Assembly (NCBI RefSeq): GCF_030684315.1
Contig: NC_081373.1
Location: 40,649,989 to 40,713,988 of the forward strand
DNA: 64,000 nt
Reading direction: 5' to 3'
Origin: Stegostoma tigrinum
Taxonomy: Eukaryota
Numbering within the stretch: position 1 is the stretch's first letter; each line of letters begins with the position of its first letter. Of this stretch, positions 13,866 through 28,100 are shown in pieces. The translations under genes were made by a program, and so were the position numbers. The notes below the pieces were generated by a model. That model ran no database searches, was not told the origin of the DNA, and saw only the letters and a program-made list of their open reading frames with translations.

Positions 13866-15051
13866 CCACTAACTTCTCTCCGATACCTCACACTCACTCT
13901 ATCTCTGCTACTGTACCCACCTCTCACCAAGGCTCATGCTCCACGTCTCTATATAGCCAGCAACATCTCCACTCTCACCTGAACCACACGAAATCACAGG
14001 TCCCACTAACTCTGTGTGCGCTCTGTGCTGCCTGCTCACTCACTCGGGACACCTCCACACCTGCACAAACAAAAAAAACTGTGCCCTCTACTTTCATCTT
14101 TGTAATACCAGCTTCTCTCACTCCATGAAGCGGTATGCTACCCATCATTCATCTCACCCTTTATGAAAAGAGAACTCTGACTATCGCCAAGTCGGGCCCG
14201 GACTATTATTGCAGGCTTCCCTTGACATTCTATGCCGCGACTCCCTGAGTGAAGGCTATGCCCCTTGGCTTGACTGAAGCCTACTGACAATTATGACAAG
14301 CTTCATGTGCCAGGCTTTGGTTCTGCATGAAACAACATGTTAAGACAGCAGTAATGTCAGCCTGATATCTCTGACTAAGGGGGCCAAGCACACAATGTCA
14401 ATACAAGGCAGTATTTCTCCCCAGCAATTTGCAACTCACCAGTACCAAGCAAGAGATTGTCTTTCCTCTTATGAAAAACATAAAAGATGGAGTGAGATGC
14501 TCCGAATATTGAGATGGTCCTTGTTGGAATTCTCATCCTATTCTGACACACACCTTGACATAGACTACAATGCTCAGACCCTTATAAGATTCCACCAGTC
14601 TGACTATTATAAAATTTGTCCATTTAACACTTCTCCTACTCCATTTCCTATTTGTCCTCTGTATTCACACCCTGACAATAACACAGCCTGACATCTACGC
14701 ATTCTAAGTTTAACATGCTCTGACCTCTTACACACTCACTACACACTCTGCATATTACATATGACTGTTACACATTCTGACAATTACAACCATTACCACC
14801 CATTACACACACCAGCCATCAAACATGTGGCAATTACACACTCAGTGACCCTGACTGTTGAACACACTGACCTTTACACAACATTTTGCAACGCATCCAG
14901 TAGACACTTTGACTGATATTACTTTTCCTTGAAATCAGCAATAGGCTAGAGAGCCCGAATTTGTCAAAGTTTAAAATATTTTCCCAATGTATCTGCACTG
15001 ACTTTAAATGCTTTGGGCTTGAGTGTACTGTCACCTCTTACATCTGCTTAC

Positions 15052-15123
15052 CTTTCTTGCCTTGTACTTCTCATCACATAGCAAATTCTCGACCTTCGAG
15101 CTAACCCCATCTTCCAGTATCTC
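15052..15123 (-). CDS. DNTT: TdT exon 5 equivalent: EILEDGVSSKVENLLCDEKYKARK
   Basis: Acceptor catcttttcatgtag|GAG, donor AAG|gtaagc; 72 nt, phase 0/0; matches TdT EI.EDG.SS.V...L.DE.Y; too short for the ORF track. Confidence 0.97.
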
Positions 15124-15744
15124 CTACATGAAAAGATGAAATAAATTTTGTACACTTTGTAGTTTTCCATACTTAGCCCATATAACATATCTTACAGAGA
15201 TTGGGGTTTTGACAAGACAGCTGTCTTAAAGTTTATTAACAATACTAACTACTTGTACTGCTATGATACAGATATACACATACAATCTGAATACTGTGCT
15301 TTCTCATGTTACTGTATATTATACACACAGCTAACTGACTGAGCACACTCCTTTTACTACATTATATGGAGAAACTGACTTTTGGAACATCACTTGTCAT
15401 AATATCACTTACATGTCTTAAAGGCACAGGCCTGTCTGGTCTGAAATCTATTCCATAAAATAGTTTGAGGCAAGGTAAGAATGACAGCCCTTGACATCAA
15501 GGCTACAATCAACATTACGTTGATAAATATAAATGTTTAAATTCATGTTCGCATTTTAACATCTTGTCTTATTTGAAAATTTTGCCAGAACAAGTGTCTT
15601 GGATGCAGAGCAGAGAGAGGTGGGGCAGAATGATTCAACTGCCAGGGTAAGTTATCCCCACTCTTAACTTTCCTATTCCTCACCTTTCACAGGGTCATAT
15701 AATTATGGCCAAATCATACATCGAAATATTTGCCTACTAATCTT

Positions 15745-16190
15745 CATCACCAGGATTTGCGATTTGTTAGCTTTTAGTTGTAATAATTTTCTAAGGACCC
15801 TTTCTCTGTGCTTATAATTGGTTTAAGTACATCTCTGCCTTTCAACGTTTGATTCACAATTATTTCTGGAATACTATTTATATCCTGTACAATGAAGACT
15901 AAGAGAAAATATTTGTGTAATTCATCTGCCATTTCCCAACATTCCAAGATTAATTCCTTAGACTTAATCTCTGGAGAGCTATTGCTCACTTTACTTACTC
16001 TTGTTTTCTTTTTCAATAACTGTAGAAACCCTTCCCGCCTGTTTTTTATATTTCTAGCTAGCTTTCTTTCGTACTGTAATTTCTCTTTCCATAGTATTCT
16101 TACAGTCGTCATTTTCTGTCTTTTATATTTGGTCTAAACTTGTGCACTTTTTCTTTCAATTTCATCGATTCTTTTAACTTCCTTACAGGT
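15745..16190 (-). mobile_element. CR1 ORF2 internal fragment
   Basis: ORF 15774-16112 KLQYERKLARNIK...EMADELHKYF..VF is the CR1 EN-RT linker. Confidence 0.85.
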
Positions 16191-16551
16191 ATATCTGTTT
16201 TAAACTGGTACCTGCTCTCCACCCTCTTTTAAACTCAGAGTTAAATTTGCTACTTAAGCAAACAGTAGTTCTTCCCTCATTGAACCAAATTCCTAAGCAC
16301 ATGACTCTGTGTCAAGCTTCACTCAGTGACAGGTTGATCACTTTGTGCTTGCTTACTTTGCACACACAGCAAGACTACATTTATACAAGCTGAAATTCTA
16401 CAAAGATGAGTCAGTTCCGCTGACTAGAAAAATTTATTTAGACTTGCTACTTAATTGATGAATTGTCAATACAGTAGGGAATTTGTATATCCCTTACCAA
16501 GACTGAAAGAAGCTTAACTTGAGAGGCAAGTTGTAATGAAATGCTAAAAGC

Positions 16552-16695
16552 NNNNNNNNNNNNNNNNNNNNNNNNNNNNNNNNNNNNNNNNNNNNNNNNN
16601 NNNNNNNNNNNNNNNNNNNNNNNNNNNNNNNNNNNNNNNNNNNNNNNNNNNNNNNNNNNNNNNNNNNNNNNNNNNNNNNNNNNNNNNNNNNNNNN
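16552..16695. other. Assembly gap (144 N) inside DNTT intron 4
   Basis: Run of N. Confidence 1.
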
Positions 16696-17242
16696 AGCGT
16701 GGTTTGCAGAGCCTAAAAACTGGTACTACACCATGTGAGTGATGTTAGCAAGCAATTCATCACACAAATAGTAGTGGAAACCTAGGTTTTTTTTCCCACT
16801 AAATAAACTATTGAGCCTAGATAAATTGCAAACTTTTAAACTGCTAGTTATTTTTAATCTATCAAGGGTACAAAAGTAAAGCATACAGATGAAGTTAGGT
16901 GGAGGTCAGCTATAAGCTAAAGGTGGAGCTTTAATGGTCTCATTCTGTCACTATACTCAGCCATTGCACCTTCAGCTAAAATCACAATTATGCATATTTT
17001 TCCACCAAATCTCTGTGCAAGTTACTTCATTAAAGCCTTAGGAAATTTTGGCATGCTTTTCATGCTGAGCTTGTCGTATCTAATTTTGGAGGGAAAATAC
17101 ATATTAACAAGGACATTGTAAGGTTATAAGGCCAATCATCTCCATTTTATGTGCTTGATTTTAAGAAATGCAGAACACGTAATAGTTACTCTGACAAAAA
17201 TTACAGTCACCAATTTGTAATATCCTCCTCACAGTCTTGTAC

Positions 17243-17413
17243 CTCAATTATGGCTCTTGTCTGGTCTCCGAAACAGGGTAGTCCATCCAGGGCTGCCATT
17301 TTACTTATGGTGTATGGAAGGGACTTTAATAAGGAAGTTGCTCTTGCAAATGCCACATAGGCACTTTCATTTTCATTAAATTCAAAATTTTCTGCCAAAA
17401 TGTCCAGTGCATC
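17243..17413 (-). CDS. DNTT: TdT exon 4 equivalent (8-kDa domain): DALDILAENFEFNENESAYVAFARATSLLKSLPYTISKMAALDGLPCFGDQTRAIIE
   Basis: Acceptor ttttgttttctgcag|GAT, donor GAG|gtacaa; 171 nt; strong similarity to vertebrate TdT D..DILAEN.EF.ENE...F.RA.S.LKSLP. Confidence 0.97.
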
Positions 17414-18059
17414 CTGCAGAAAACAAAAATTATACTTTGAACATCGGCAATGCTACCATGCAAAATACAAAGACACGTCCTGAAGTGAGTTGACATTGAC
17501 TTTTATGATTTTCCTAAAAACAGATCTGAGGTTTTAGGGGAGAAATCGGGCCCATCAGCATTCAATTCTTTGTGAGCTACAAGTTCCACAGAGCCACATT
17601 ATGGTCCCTGTAGATGCACTGTTTTCAGGCAAGTTGTATTAGAATCAATACTGCTGACGGTGTTAGTCCTCATGTGTTGGACACACATTGCATGCACCTG
17701 GAGCAGGCAGACCATCACATTAAAAGACACACAATGCTGCTTTGATGTCATCATGACCATTTTAAATGTCAGTGCTCCAGCTCTCATCCTCTCTTAGCCC
17801 CAAAATACAGAAAACTAATTCAGCAGCAGAAATGATCCCCACAATAGTTGTATTGAAAGGAATCATTAAATCATTTTACATTACAAGGCGGTTGGTATTC
17901 TGTTGGTTGCTTTGATTCCAAAGTGTTTGGTGCTTCCCATGTCTTAAGTCGCAAAAGTCCAGAAGGGAGCGATTTGGCAGATGTTGAAAGTGTTTCTGCT
18001 CTGATTTCAAGGCTCCAGCACCAGTCAGATTCCCCTACACCTAAGTATCCCATTGGACC

Positions 18060-18258
18060 AATTGTTGGGAAAACCCAAATGGTTCACTAATGTCCTTTAG
18101 GAGGGAAAATCAGCCATTCTTTCCTGGTCTGGCCTACGTATGACTTCAGACGACAGCAATGTGGTTGATTCTTAACTGCCCTCCAGCAATTACAGATAGG
18201 CAACAAAAGCTGACCAAGCCAGTGTCACCCATTTCCTGTGAATTCATAAAATAAAAAA
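18060..18258 (+). mobile_element. SINE 3' portion sharing its tail with LINE family B
   Basis: aaaacccaaatggttcactaatgtcctttagg...ctggtctggcctac...cagcaatgtggttga; homologues at 37105-37320 and 56280-56470. Confidence 0.8.
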
Positions 18259-19689
18259 TATAACGTGCAAAGGCCAGAAAAAGCAAGCAATTCTGCTAGA
18301 GGGGAATGAGAAAGAAAGGGAGGGCATTCTCAGCAAAAGACCATAGCTATCTACAGTGTTTAGGAAGCAGTGTTTCTACCTGATCCTCAGTGAGGGACAA
18401 TGATTAATAGAGATCATGGGGAGATGCGTGACGGGAGTGTTGCCATTGGTAGCAGGTGGGATCTATCATCAATATTCTAAGCTATAAGTTCATGGGCCAG
18501 CTACGTGCCTATTCACCCCACTATCTTAACTGCATGCTGCTCCCAGAACTTGCCCTCTAACTAGTGTCACAAGTCGGATTATATACATAAATGGCCAGTA
18601 ACCATCAGTGAAGTTGGCACCCACTGTTGGTCACAATCTCAGAAAATCTTCAAAAGTGATGTTAATCCATCCACTAGAAATTGAGAAATTAGAAATTGTG
18701 CCAGATTGGGTGGAAATAGACAACTGCAGTCCTTGTCATCCATCAAAATGAAATATTTTCTTGCTGAAATACGAAATGCTTTTCTCACTTTTCTCTGGTT
18801 GATAATGGTAGAATAGGTTACAGATAAATTACAAAAATAAGTTGCCCTGTCTGAAGTGAATGGCTGTTTTCAGCATAATGGCTACCATCAGTTCTCAAAA
18901 TAACACTTTGTCATTCTGGTGATAAGCTAGTTATTTTAATAATCATTTTTCCACACAATATCAAAACCTGACATGGTGAACAATGCTAGAGAACCTTTTG
19001 ATCTAGCAGCAGGCAGCCATAAAACAAATATTTATCTTTCAATCCAATCATGTTGCCATAAAAGACCACAGCTGAAGTGAACGATTATTGGAGTCACAAC
19101 TCCAACTGTGTCCAGAATGGAAACATTTGTTTAAAAATATTCTCAAAATTGTAAGATAAATTATTGAGTGTAGGCGTTTAATTTTCACTAATAGTCTTGG
19201 TTATATTTATGCAATCCTCATAATGTAATCATTGTTGTGTTCTGTCCAACACAACTCCTCCTTGGGACACATTAACTGGCTTTTAAAATAGACAATCACA
19301 AGTAACACTGCAAGTCTCAATCATGTCTATATCTATGGCAGAAACTGCATATTGAGACAGGCCTGTGATTTAATTCTCAGCAACCAAAATGTTGTCTTGC
19401 ACTTTCATCCTCTTATGAAGAGCTGCTAGTAAGAACAATAGCACTTGGGTTTAACCAATTGCCTGCCAACAACTATATATGACAGCCTACTTACATATGG
19501 TTTTGTTTTAGAGATTCCTACTGTATTGTTACCCAAATCAAATTTGGGCTGTCATGAGAAAATGCTGCTTCTTTTTTTGAGACTTGACCATTTCTTAATG
19601 GGGGTCTTCATCAGGCAGGAGCTAATTCTAATCTCTGATTCAAATCAATTTTTTTACAACTTTTCTCACTTTCTCAAACATTTTTGAAT

Positions 19690-20130
19690 GGCTACAATTA
19701 AAACAAGAAGTACCTTACATAAATTCAATCCCAAAGCCCTTCATGGCCAATTAAGTATTTCAGAAGTGTGCTGTAATGTAGGAACATGGCGGATAATTTA
19801 TAGACAAGGTTCCACAAACAACAAAGAGATAATGGTCGCATAATTTTTTTCAGTTGTATTGATTGTGGGATAAATATTGCCAAGGATAAAAGGCAAAACA
19901 CCCTTGCTCTTTTTATGAAACAGTCTTAGGATCTGTTCACCTAAGACTCTGAGTATTGCCTAGCCTTTGTTTAAAGTTTGATCCAAATGACAGCATCATA
20001 ATCTGTGCTGTCCTCCTTCAATATAGCAGTGAAGTATCAATTGAGATTATGAGCTCAACACTCTGTTGTGGGAATTGAGCCCATGGCCTTTCAAATCAGA
20101 GATGAGTGATTTTGCACTAAGCACTTAACA
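19690..20130 (-). mobile_element. Old DeuSINE (SacSINE1-like)
   Basis: Degenerate Deu-domain-like sequence (tgtgctgtcctccttcaatatagcagtgaagtatcaattgagattatgagctcaa), tRNA-like head at the right end, L2-like tail at the left. Confidence 0.65.
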
Positions 20131-20809
20131 CTTTATTTTCCTCAAGAGAAATTTATGAAGCGTTCTCTACCATTAGCTTGCACGAAGAATTACTTTTTAA
20201 ATCCTTGCTCAGCTACGTTTTTCACAGCTACTGTTCCTTTGCTTCCACATTTGTAGACTGACATACCAATTAGGGTGTATGAAGATTCCACTTCCCAAAG
20301 GAAATGGAAATGGCCACTCAATGTAATGACTAATACATGTGAATGTTTGATTAACTATAATACTGAACCATCTCAACTGTAGTGGGGTCTGATTTTCTTG
20401 TATGTACTATCCTGTTTACTTGGAGAATGAAGTAATAAACAGACAAAGAAAAAATTCCTACAGCAGCTCAATTTTCTAGCTGACTTTGAAGTAGGCAGCT
20501 AACATTCCCACTCATAAGAGGGAGGGACCTTGTTCAAACATATAAATTAGGAACTTATTCAGGTGACAGTGGGATGTTTTGCTGGTCCAAGGCTGCTAGG
20601 CTTATGGCTGCCCATATATGTATGACTTATGTCCAAATAGATGCTGTTGCCATCAAAGCCATGCAAAGGAATGTTGAGAACTGTGAGCAAACCATTTCTT
20701 GCTGTACATTGTGCCAACTCATGAAGGGCTCTAACTTACTCACTCTTGGTTCTGAGAAGTGCCCAGCTACCTGATATTACTCTGGAAAGGTAAGGTATCT
20801 CTACAGTTT

Positions 20810-22150
20810 GAATGAGGTTGTGGGTAAATTGTTGGAAGCAAATATAAAAGGTAGGATTAATGGATATTTAGAGAGGCAAAAATTGATTAGGGATAGTCAG
20901 CATGGTTGAATGTGAGGAAAATCGTGTCTGACAAACTTGATTGAGTTTTTTGAGGAAGTTAATAGAAAGGTTGATGACGGCAGAGTAGTAGATGCTATTT
21001 ATTTGGATTTTAGTAAAGCCTTCAATAGGGTTCTTCATAGTAGTCTAGTTAGGTCACATGGGATTCAGGGTGAGCTTGCCAGTTGTACACATAATTGGTT
21101 TAACAGCAGGAGATAGACAGTAATGGTGGAGGGTTGCTTCTCAGACTGGAGGTCTGTGACCAACAGTGTTCGGCAGGGATCAGTACTGGGTCCTCTTATT
21201 TTTGTCATTTATATAAATGATTTGGATGAGAATATAGAAGGCACAGTTAGTAAGTTTATGGATGACATCAAAATCGGTGACTTAGTCTCGAGTGAAAAGG
21301 GTTTTCTAAGATGACAAAGGGTTTTTGATCAAATGGGTCAACGGGCTGAGAAACAGCAGATGGCGTTCAATCTGGATAAACATGAGGTACACAACAAACC
21401 AGAGTAGAGCTTTCACGATGAATGATAGGGCCTTGGAGAGCATTGTAGAACTGAGGGACCTGGGGTGCAGGTGCATAATTCTTTGGAGTTTGCATCACAT
21501 ATAGACAGGGTGGTTAAAAAAGCACTTGGCACACTTGCCTTCTTTGCTCAGTCCTTTGAGTTTAGGAGTTGGGATGTGATGTTGAAGTTGTACAGGACAC
21601 TGGTGAGGTCTCTTCTGAAATATTGTGTTCAGTGCTGGTCGCCCAGTTATAAGAAGGATATTATCAAGCTGGAGAAGGTTCAGAAGAGATTCATCAGGAT
21701 GTTGCTGGGTATGGGAGGTTTGTGTGATAAAGAAAGGCTGGATAGGCTGGGATTTTTCTCACTGGGAGGTTGAGAGACAACTTAATAGAAGCTTATAAAA
21801 TAATGAGAGGTGTAGATAGAGTTAATGGCAGTCATCTTTTCCTTACCTTGAAGGATTTCAAGACTACAGGGCTCGTTTTTAAGCTGAGAGGAGAGAAATT
21901 TACAAAGTAAAACATGGGGCAATTTTTTTTAAATGAAGGGTTGTTCACAAGTGGAATGAGCTTCTTCAGGAAGTGGTGTCTGATGGGTACACTTACAATA
22001 TTTAAAAGACATTTGGATAGGTACTTAAATAGGAAAGGTTTGAAGGGATGTGGGACAGCAATAGGCAAGTGTGACTAGTTTAGTTTTGGATTATGCTTGG
22101 CATGGATTGATAGGATCAGAGGGTCCAATTCCGTGCTGTATGACTCTAAA
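20810..22150 (+). mobile_element. CR1 LINE 3' ~1.3 kb (RT domain, decayed)
   Basis: ORFs 21123-21314 (QGSVLGPLIFVIYINDLDE...SKFMDD) and 21465-21773 (LYRTLVRSLLKYCVQCWSP). Confidence 0.95.
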
Positions 22151-22849
22151 ACCCTACAACAGGTGAAACTAGTGGTACGATGCGGTAGAAATGCAAGTGG
22201 TTCTCCCCACTCAGAAGATGCTGCCATCAAGAGGAAAGTATGTTCTGCCAGTCACTTAATCATTAATGTGGTATGTGAATTTCAGTGCCAATCTGGTGCC
22301 AGTAGGCCACACATTCCAAAGACTGGCAAGGCGCATCAGACATCATGTCTTTTTGTCTGTTCACAGTTAGCAGTGTAATGAGCATACCAAACCAGCCCAC
22401 ACACACTTTCCAATATTTGATGTGATTCTGCAATTAGACAACATTTTCTAGATAATCCTGAATGTAAAAAGTTAAACTGACAAACAATTTAGGATTGTCA
22501 GCTGAGTTTGCAGTGTGGTGCGTGCACTGGAAGCTACGTAAATTAATGCTTTTTGCAGGCAAGAAATACTTGGACACGTGTTTAGTTTATTTCAATGCAG
22601 CAAAATAGATGACAGCTTTTCACTGGTTTAATTTTCAGGGATATTCCCTGACCAATCAGAGCCAACTTGCCTGTTTAAAATTTAATCAAAGCCTAGCTGT
22701 CAATTATCAATCATTATTATCTGGTGCATGCTCCATGCCAACAACAAAAAATCACTTGCTAAACAACCAACACTATCCTCTCGTGCGATATAAATGCTGG
22801 TTATCCACACAAATTAAGCGAATAAAAGAGCAGAGTGTTACCTGAAGAA

Positions 22850-24185
22850 TGACTCCTGAATTCTGAGGTGCTGAGGGATCTGGGTGTTCTACATGATTCT
22901 CAAAAGATTAGTTTGCAGATAGGGCAAAAATTTAAAAGGCTAACAGAACACTATCATTTATTACAGGATGAATTTAACATAAATATAAGGATTTTACAAA
23001 CCATTGGTAAGGTCACATTTGAATACTGCACACAATTTTGATCTTCTTATTTAAGTAAGGATATAAATACATTGGAGGCAGTTCAGTTCACTGGAGGATT
23101 ACTAAATTGATACCTGGAATGAGTGGGTTGTCTTATGAGGTCAGGTTGGACAGATTGGGTTTTCAATGGGGTCCAGAAGAATGTGGGGTGTCTTGATGTA
23201 ATAAAAGATTCTGATTGCGCCTGTTTACAATGTATCTATTAATGACCTGGAGGAAGAAAGCGAATGTGTTCTAGCCAGATTTGCAGAAGATCAAAAATAG
23301 GTGGAAAGGCAAGTTGCAAGAAGATTACAGTTTACAGAGAGATATTGATAGATTAAGCAGGCAAGATGTTGGAAAATGCAGTACAATGTGGGGAAATGTG
23401 AAGTTACTTGTTTTGGAGAGGAGAACAAAAGAATATTACTCCTTAAATAGGTAAAAACTGCAGAAAGGTGCAATACTAAGGGAGCTGAGGGCACTTATGC
23501 ATGAAACACAGACAGCTAGCACACAGGTACAGAAGGTAATCAGATTAGTGGAATGCCAGCCCTTATTTCCAGACTGTAGGAGTACTAGAGTAGGGAAGCT
23601 TCACTACAAATGTACACAGTGCTGGTGAGACTGAATCTGGAGCACTACGAGCAGTTTTGGTCCCCTTATTTATGGAAAAATATTGTTTAATTGGAGGCAG
23701 TTTAGAGAAGGTTCACTAGGATGCTCCCTGGTATGGAGGGAGGTCTTATGAACAAAGGCTAAAGAAGTCGGGATTCTATTCACTGGTGTGTAAGGGAATG
23801 AGAGGTGATCTTATTGAAACATATAGGATCCTTGAGGAGCTTGACAGGGTAAATGCTGCGAGATGTTTTCCTTTATGGGAGAGTCTAGGAAAGAGGGCAA
23901 AATCTCAGAATAAAGTCTCAGAATTAAAATGGAGATGAGGAGGACTTTCTTTTCTCTGAAGGTTGAGTGTCTTTGGAAGTCCTTGCTACAGACTGCTATA
24001 GGGGTAGAGTCCTTGTATAAATTTAAGGATGAGATGTTGATATTCTTGATTAGTAGGGGAATCAAGGATTACGGGACAAGTGGGTGTAAAGAATGTTCAA
24101 TCAGCCATGATCCTAATCAACGGTAGAGCAGTATCCAAGAGCTAAACAGCCAACCCAGTTCCTATTTCTCATGGATTTATGAGCA
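22850..24185 (+). mobile_element. Two adjacent CR1 RT/3' fragments (~22850-23210 and ~23220-24185)
   Basis: INDLEEE..C..ARFAED, VRLNLEHYEQFWSP and MRRTFFSLKVECLWKSL motifs; CR1 tail. Confidence 0.88.
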
Positions 24186-25989
24186 GTCTTAATAAAGTGG
24201 ATATGGAAATTATGTTGCATCTTATGGGTGAGTCCAGAATTAAGAGGCATTTTCTTCAGCCCCAGAATCCTCCAAGATATCGGAACTGCCCCAAGTCTGG
24301 CCTCTGATGTTTCCCTGAATTGAATTACTTCACTATTTAAGGTCATTTCTTGATTTGTCCAGGACCTATGTTCTGCAATACATGTCTCCAGCTCACTCCC
24401 TAACTTTCCTCCTTTAAGGCACTCCTTAAAGATACATCTTTAATCAAGCATTTGGTCATCTGACTTAATATTTCTTAATGTGACTCAGTGTGATATTTCT
24501 TTTATAATGTTCTTTTGAAATGCCTTTGATCATTTTATCATATTAAAGGCACCATATAAATTTAATTTGTTGCTGCTACATTTAAAGATTTGTGTATATA
24601 TAAACTCAGTGAACTTTGCCTCTCTACACTGTTTAGACACATTTTTTGGAGGGGACAATGAGGGTGAAGGGGCATTGATAGTAAGGGGGCAGTAAGGCTC
24701 AGGGAACACTGAGGGTTGGATGCTTGGAGGGAGTGGTCTGGTCTTGATGGTGATGGCACATGGCTTGTGTGATAACCGTAGATGTTAACCATTAGGGTGT
24801 CCTGTGACCATGCTGGGGGAGGAACAGGGTGGGCTGGGCCAGGGTTAAAGTTGAGGCGGGGCTTTTCTGATCACTGGGAGATTTGGCGATCACTGTTTGC
24901 TCCATGATCGCTTGAAGGATTTCTCAGGGAGATCCTGATTGTTAGGGATTTCTTGGTGAAAGCAGGAGCAGAAAAGAGGTCTATGATTGGGAGTGGTGGA
25001 AGTTGGCTGGTCACCTTTAGAAGTGAAAATGTATTAGCGTATGTTTGATATTTCTTACACTTTAAAATCTCAGCTGACGCAACTTTACTGTTTCCTTGAA
25101 GGTTAAAATAATGCCCTTTACCTCCAGGCCAAGGCAAATTACAATGCAGATGATCGCTGATGTTGTAACACATCTATCATTGCTTATCCTTAATATTTAA
25201 CTGGAGCTTGAACAGACGACAAGTTTATGGAACGTTATGTAAAATGTACACCCAATCTTAAATTAAACCTAGGTATCGTTTCTCCTTTACTTTAATGTAA
25301 TCGGAATTTTAGGCTTCCAATTTAAGTTTTGAATTTGCATATACATGCCAACTGCAGTGTTCACTAGATGTGCAAACAATGACAGCTGATATTTGATCCG
25401 GTAATTACTTGCCATATTTTATAACTGCAGGATCTTATGGCACCTTTTCTTGGCACATAGAAGTGGTACTAAATGTATTCTGAAATGTACCCCAGCAGGC
25501 AGCATACATGAAAGAAAAGAGGAAATAAATAACAGTGTTGATGAGTTTTTCTACTATGCTGAAACATATCGTGCACTGGAAGTGCAAAAACGTCTCACAC
25601 TCTGCATTTGACAAAAAAAGAAGTACATTCATCACATTAATTGCAGTTAGCTTTCTCACTTTGCGTCTAGTTTATTCAACTTCACTTTTGTGGAGACATT
25701 TCATAAAATGAATTGTAAAAGGTATTGCATTCAACACAAAACAAAATCTACGGGGATAAAAATCCCAATGAGATCCATTAGTGGGCACAGAGATTGCCAA
25801 GCTCCATTACTCCATGCCCAGGCCAAGTGACATAGGCAGCATGCAAATATTGTTCTGTCTGCTCAATTAAATGGTGCATATTGACTCACTACATACTCAG
25901 ATGTATGCAGGCCTAACGTGCTAGCCTATAATTCTTAAAGGCAGCTCGACCTCCAAAGTGTTTCTGAGATGGAAAAGGATTTCTTGTGG

Positions 25990-26215
25990 AGCAAAAGGCC
26001 AAAGAGTGGGCTCCCTGGTTCTCGAAAGCAAGACTGGAGGCATTGGTCCAAGAAGTGTAAGTAAGGCTAGAGATTATCTTTCTGCAGAGGGCTGTGTGTC
26101 TCCTTGTGTGCACACACGAAAGAGAATGTGAGCAGCTAGCCAAGGAGGTCAGTCCCAAGGAGTCTGGCCCCGAGGATATGGCTGGTGTTTTGTAATGCAT
26201 GTTCAAGGGTTACCT
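25990..26215 (+). mobile_element. Decayed Myb/SANT-like coding remnant (Harbinger-type)
   Basis: APWFSKARLEALVQEV*VRLEIIFLQ...CEQLAKEVSP, like PRF...LE.LV.EV..R...F.....W...A..V. Confidence 0.6.
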
Positions 26216-27888
26216 GCTACACACCATATCAGCAAACTCGCACACAGCTCAATTCACCAAACTGCCACTCGCCCTCCAGCAGTCAAAATCTAGCATTCAG
26301 ATACTGCATCTCATCCTCAGATACAAAACACAGTTTCAAATCTCACTGTCGCGTTTTGCAGCTTCAGTTTGTTTACAGCTATTCAGCTACAATAGGCATA
26401 TCACAAACACATTGTAATATACGGACTGATGGCCTTTCCTGACTATTGCAGAGTAACTGGCATATAACAGAATACAGCAGAGTTCTTCCTGCCCCTTTGG
26501 CCATTCCATTGGCTTAAAAACCTTTCCATTTCTGTTTCTCATCAGTTCTGAGAAAAAGTCATTGATCTGAAATATTTCTCTCTATAGATAACACCTAACC
26601 TGCTGAGGTTTGTCTAGCAATTTTTATTCTTGCTATATTTATTATTGTTCCTTAGTTGTACACATATACAGTGCTTACCCTTTTTTCAAAACTTATAATA
26701 TCTTGCAGTTTGCAAGGCTCAGTCTGGTTGGTTTGACAGCCAGGTGATAGCACTGTGTATTCTCTAGTGGACTGCTTTGAATCCTGCAGCAAATGTTGGT
26801 AGGCACATTTAGTGCGAGTTTGGTGAGCAGTCTATCAGGGTGACCACACTGCAAGTTGAGCTATCTTTGAAATTCTATTTGTGGAGGAGGTATGTTATTC
26901 TTGCATTGAGAAAGTGGATTGCATTAAGTGTGGACCACTGTTTTTGAAACAAGTCAAACCCTGGACACTCCACCTCCTACTGAAGTGATGCATTGTGGCT
27001 ACTGGCAGTGCTGCACTATGTAATAAGCATAAAGGTTATCAGATTGGAGAACTTGGTGGAAGAGATAGAAAGTACAGATGCCCTGTATCCTCAAAGGTTA
27101 GAAACGAAAAGGCTTTAGTATGATGCAGAAAAGGAAGTCAATGTTAACAGCAGCTCCATGTGCCTGATTACAATTCAGGAAGAAGTTTAATGCTTCTCTT
27201 TGTCAGTGAGTGTATGTTCCCATGCCACGCCCTACCACCTTCACCACTAAGCCTCATTAACTGCTCAGATCAACATACTGTCAGCAGTCCGACAATCTCT
27301 GTCAATCAGGACTCATTTGTATCATTCATTTGCTTCATCCCTTCAACACAAAGTTAACATTGCTGTAAGTCCCAAATCTACATCATTTGTACACAACATA
27401 GCTATTCAACCATGATAGACAATTCCCCAGACTTTTGACACTCATTAGCACATTTTCTACTTCCTTGCAGGAGATGTTGGCAGACAAAACAGGAATGAAC
27501 AAAATATGAAGAGGCACTACTGCATGTTTCGAGTGCCATGAGGGAGAAAGTATTGGCTATTAGAAGAATGTTGTGACCACTAGCATGCATAAAACAACTG
27601 AACAAGAGAATATCTGCATAGTTTATCCTCTCTCTCACATCTGAATTCTTCCTCATCCTCAATCTATTCTGGTATCTCAGCTGCAGATGATGCAAGCATC
27701 CACTACTGACTTTTGCTTCTCCTCTTACCACATCCCAATCCTTTCCCCTTCTTCAATAACTCAGCACCAGGCAGATCATTCATTGTAGACTATTGAAAAT
27801 ATTAATAATTTTGGAAAAGCATCCAAAATATTTGGAAATGTAGTATGTACCAAAAAAAGGTAGTATCTGAATTGCAAGTAGGTTATGA

Positions 27889-28100
27889 AGGAGCAAATTA
27901 CTGCAGATGCTGGAATACTAAATGCTGGAGATTATAGCAGACAGGCAGCAGCCATGGAGAGAGACCAAGCCTACATTTCAAGCCTACTAATGCTTCAAGT
28001 GTCAATGACTGTTCATCTCTAGACTTGAAACTTTAGCTTCCTGTCTCTCTATGAATGTTGCCTGACCCGCTGTGATCTCTAGCAGTTGTTGTTTTCAGTG
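27889..28100. mobile_element. Old palindromic PLE-derived mini-element
   Basis: Left arm (tgctggagattatagcagacaggcagcagccatggagagaga) is an imperfect reverse complement of the right arm (tctctctatgaatgttgcctgacccgctgtgatctctagca); same tail family as 40394-40480. Confidence 0.7.

Noticed and set aside
13090-14910. tacac-rich degenerate periodic sequence (13090-13350, 14640-14910) as an array
   Set aside because: No constant repeat/spacer structure; most likely old low-complexity or minisatellite decay. CRISPR is not applicable to this eukaryotic DNA.
16541-16738. ORF spanning X residues
   Set aside because: Artefact of the N gap.
17207-17242. In-frame extension VQDCEEDITNW* after exon 4 as an alternative C-terminus
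   Set aside because: Simple read-through past the GT donor at the conserved exon boundary; no evidence of use.
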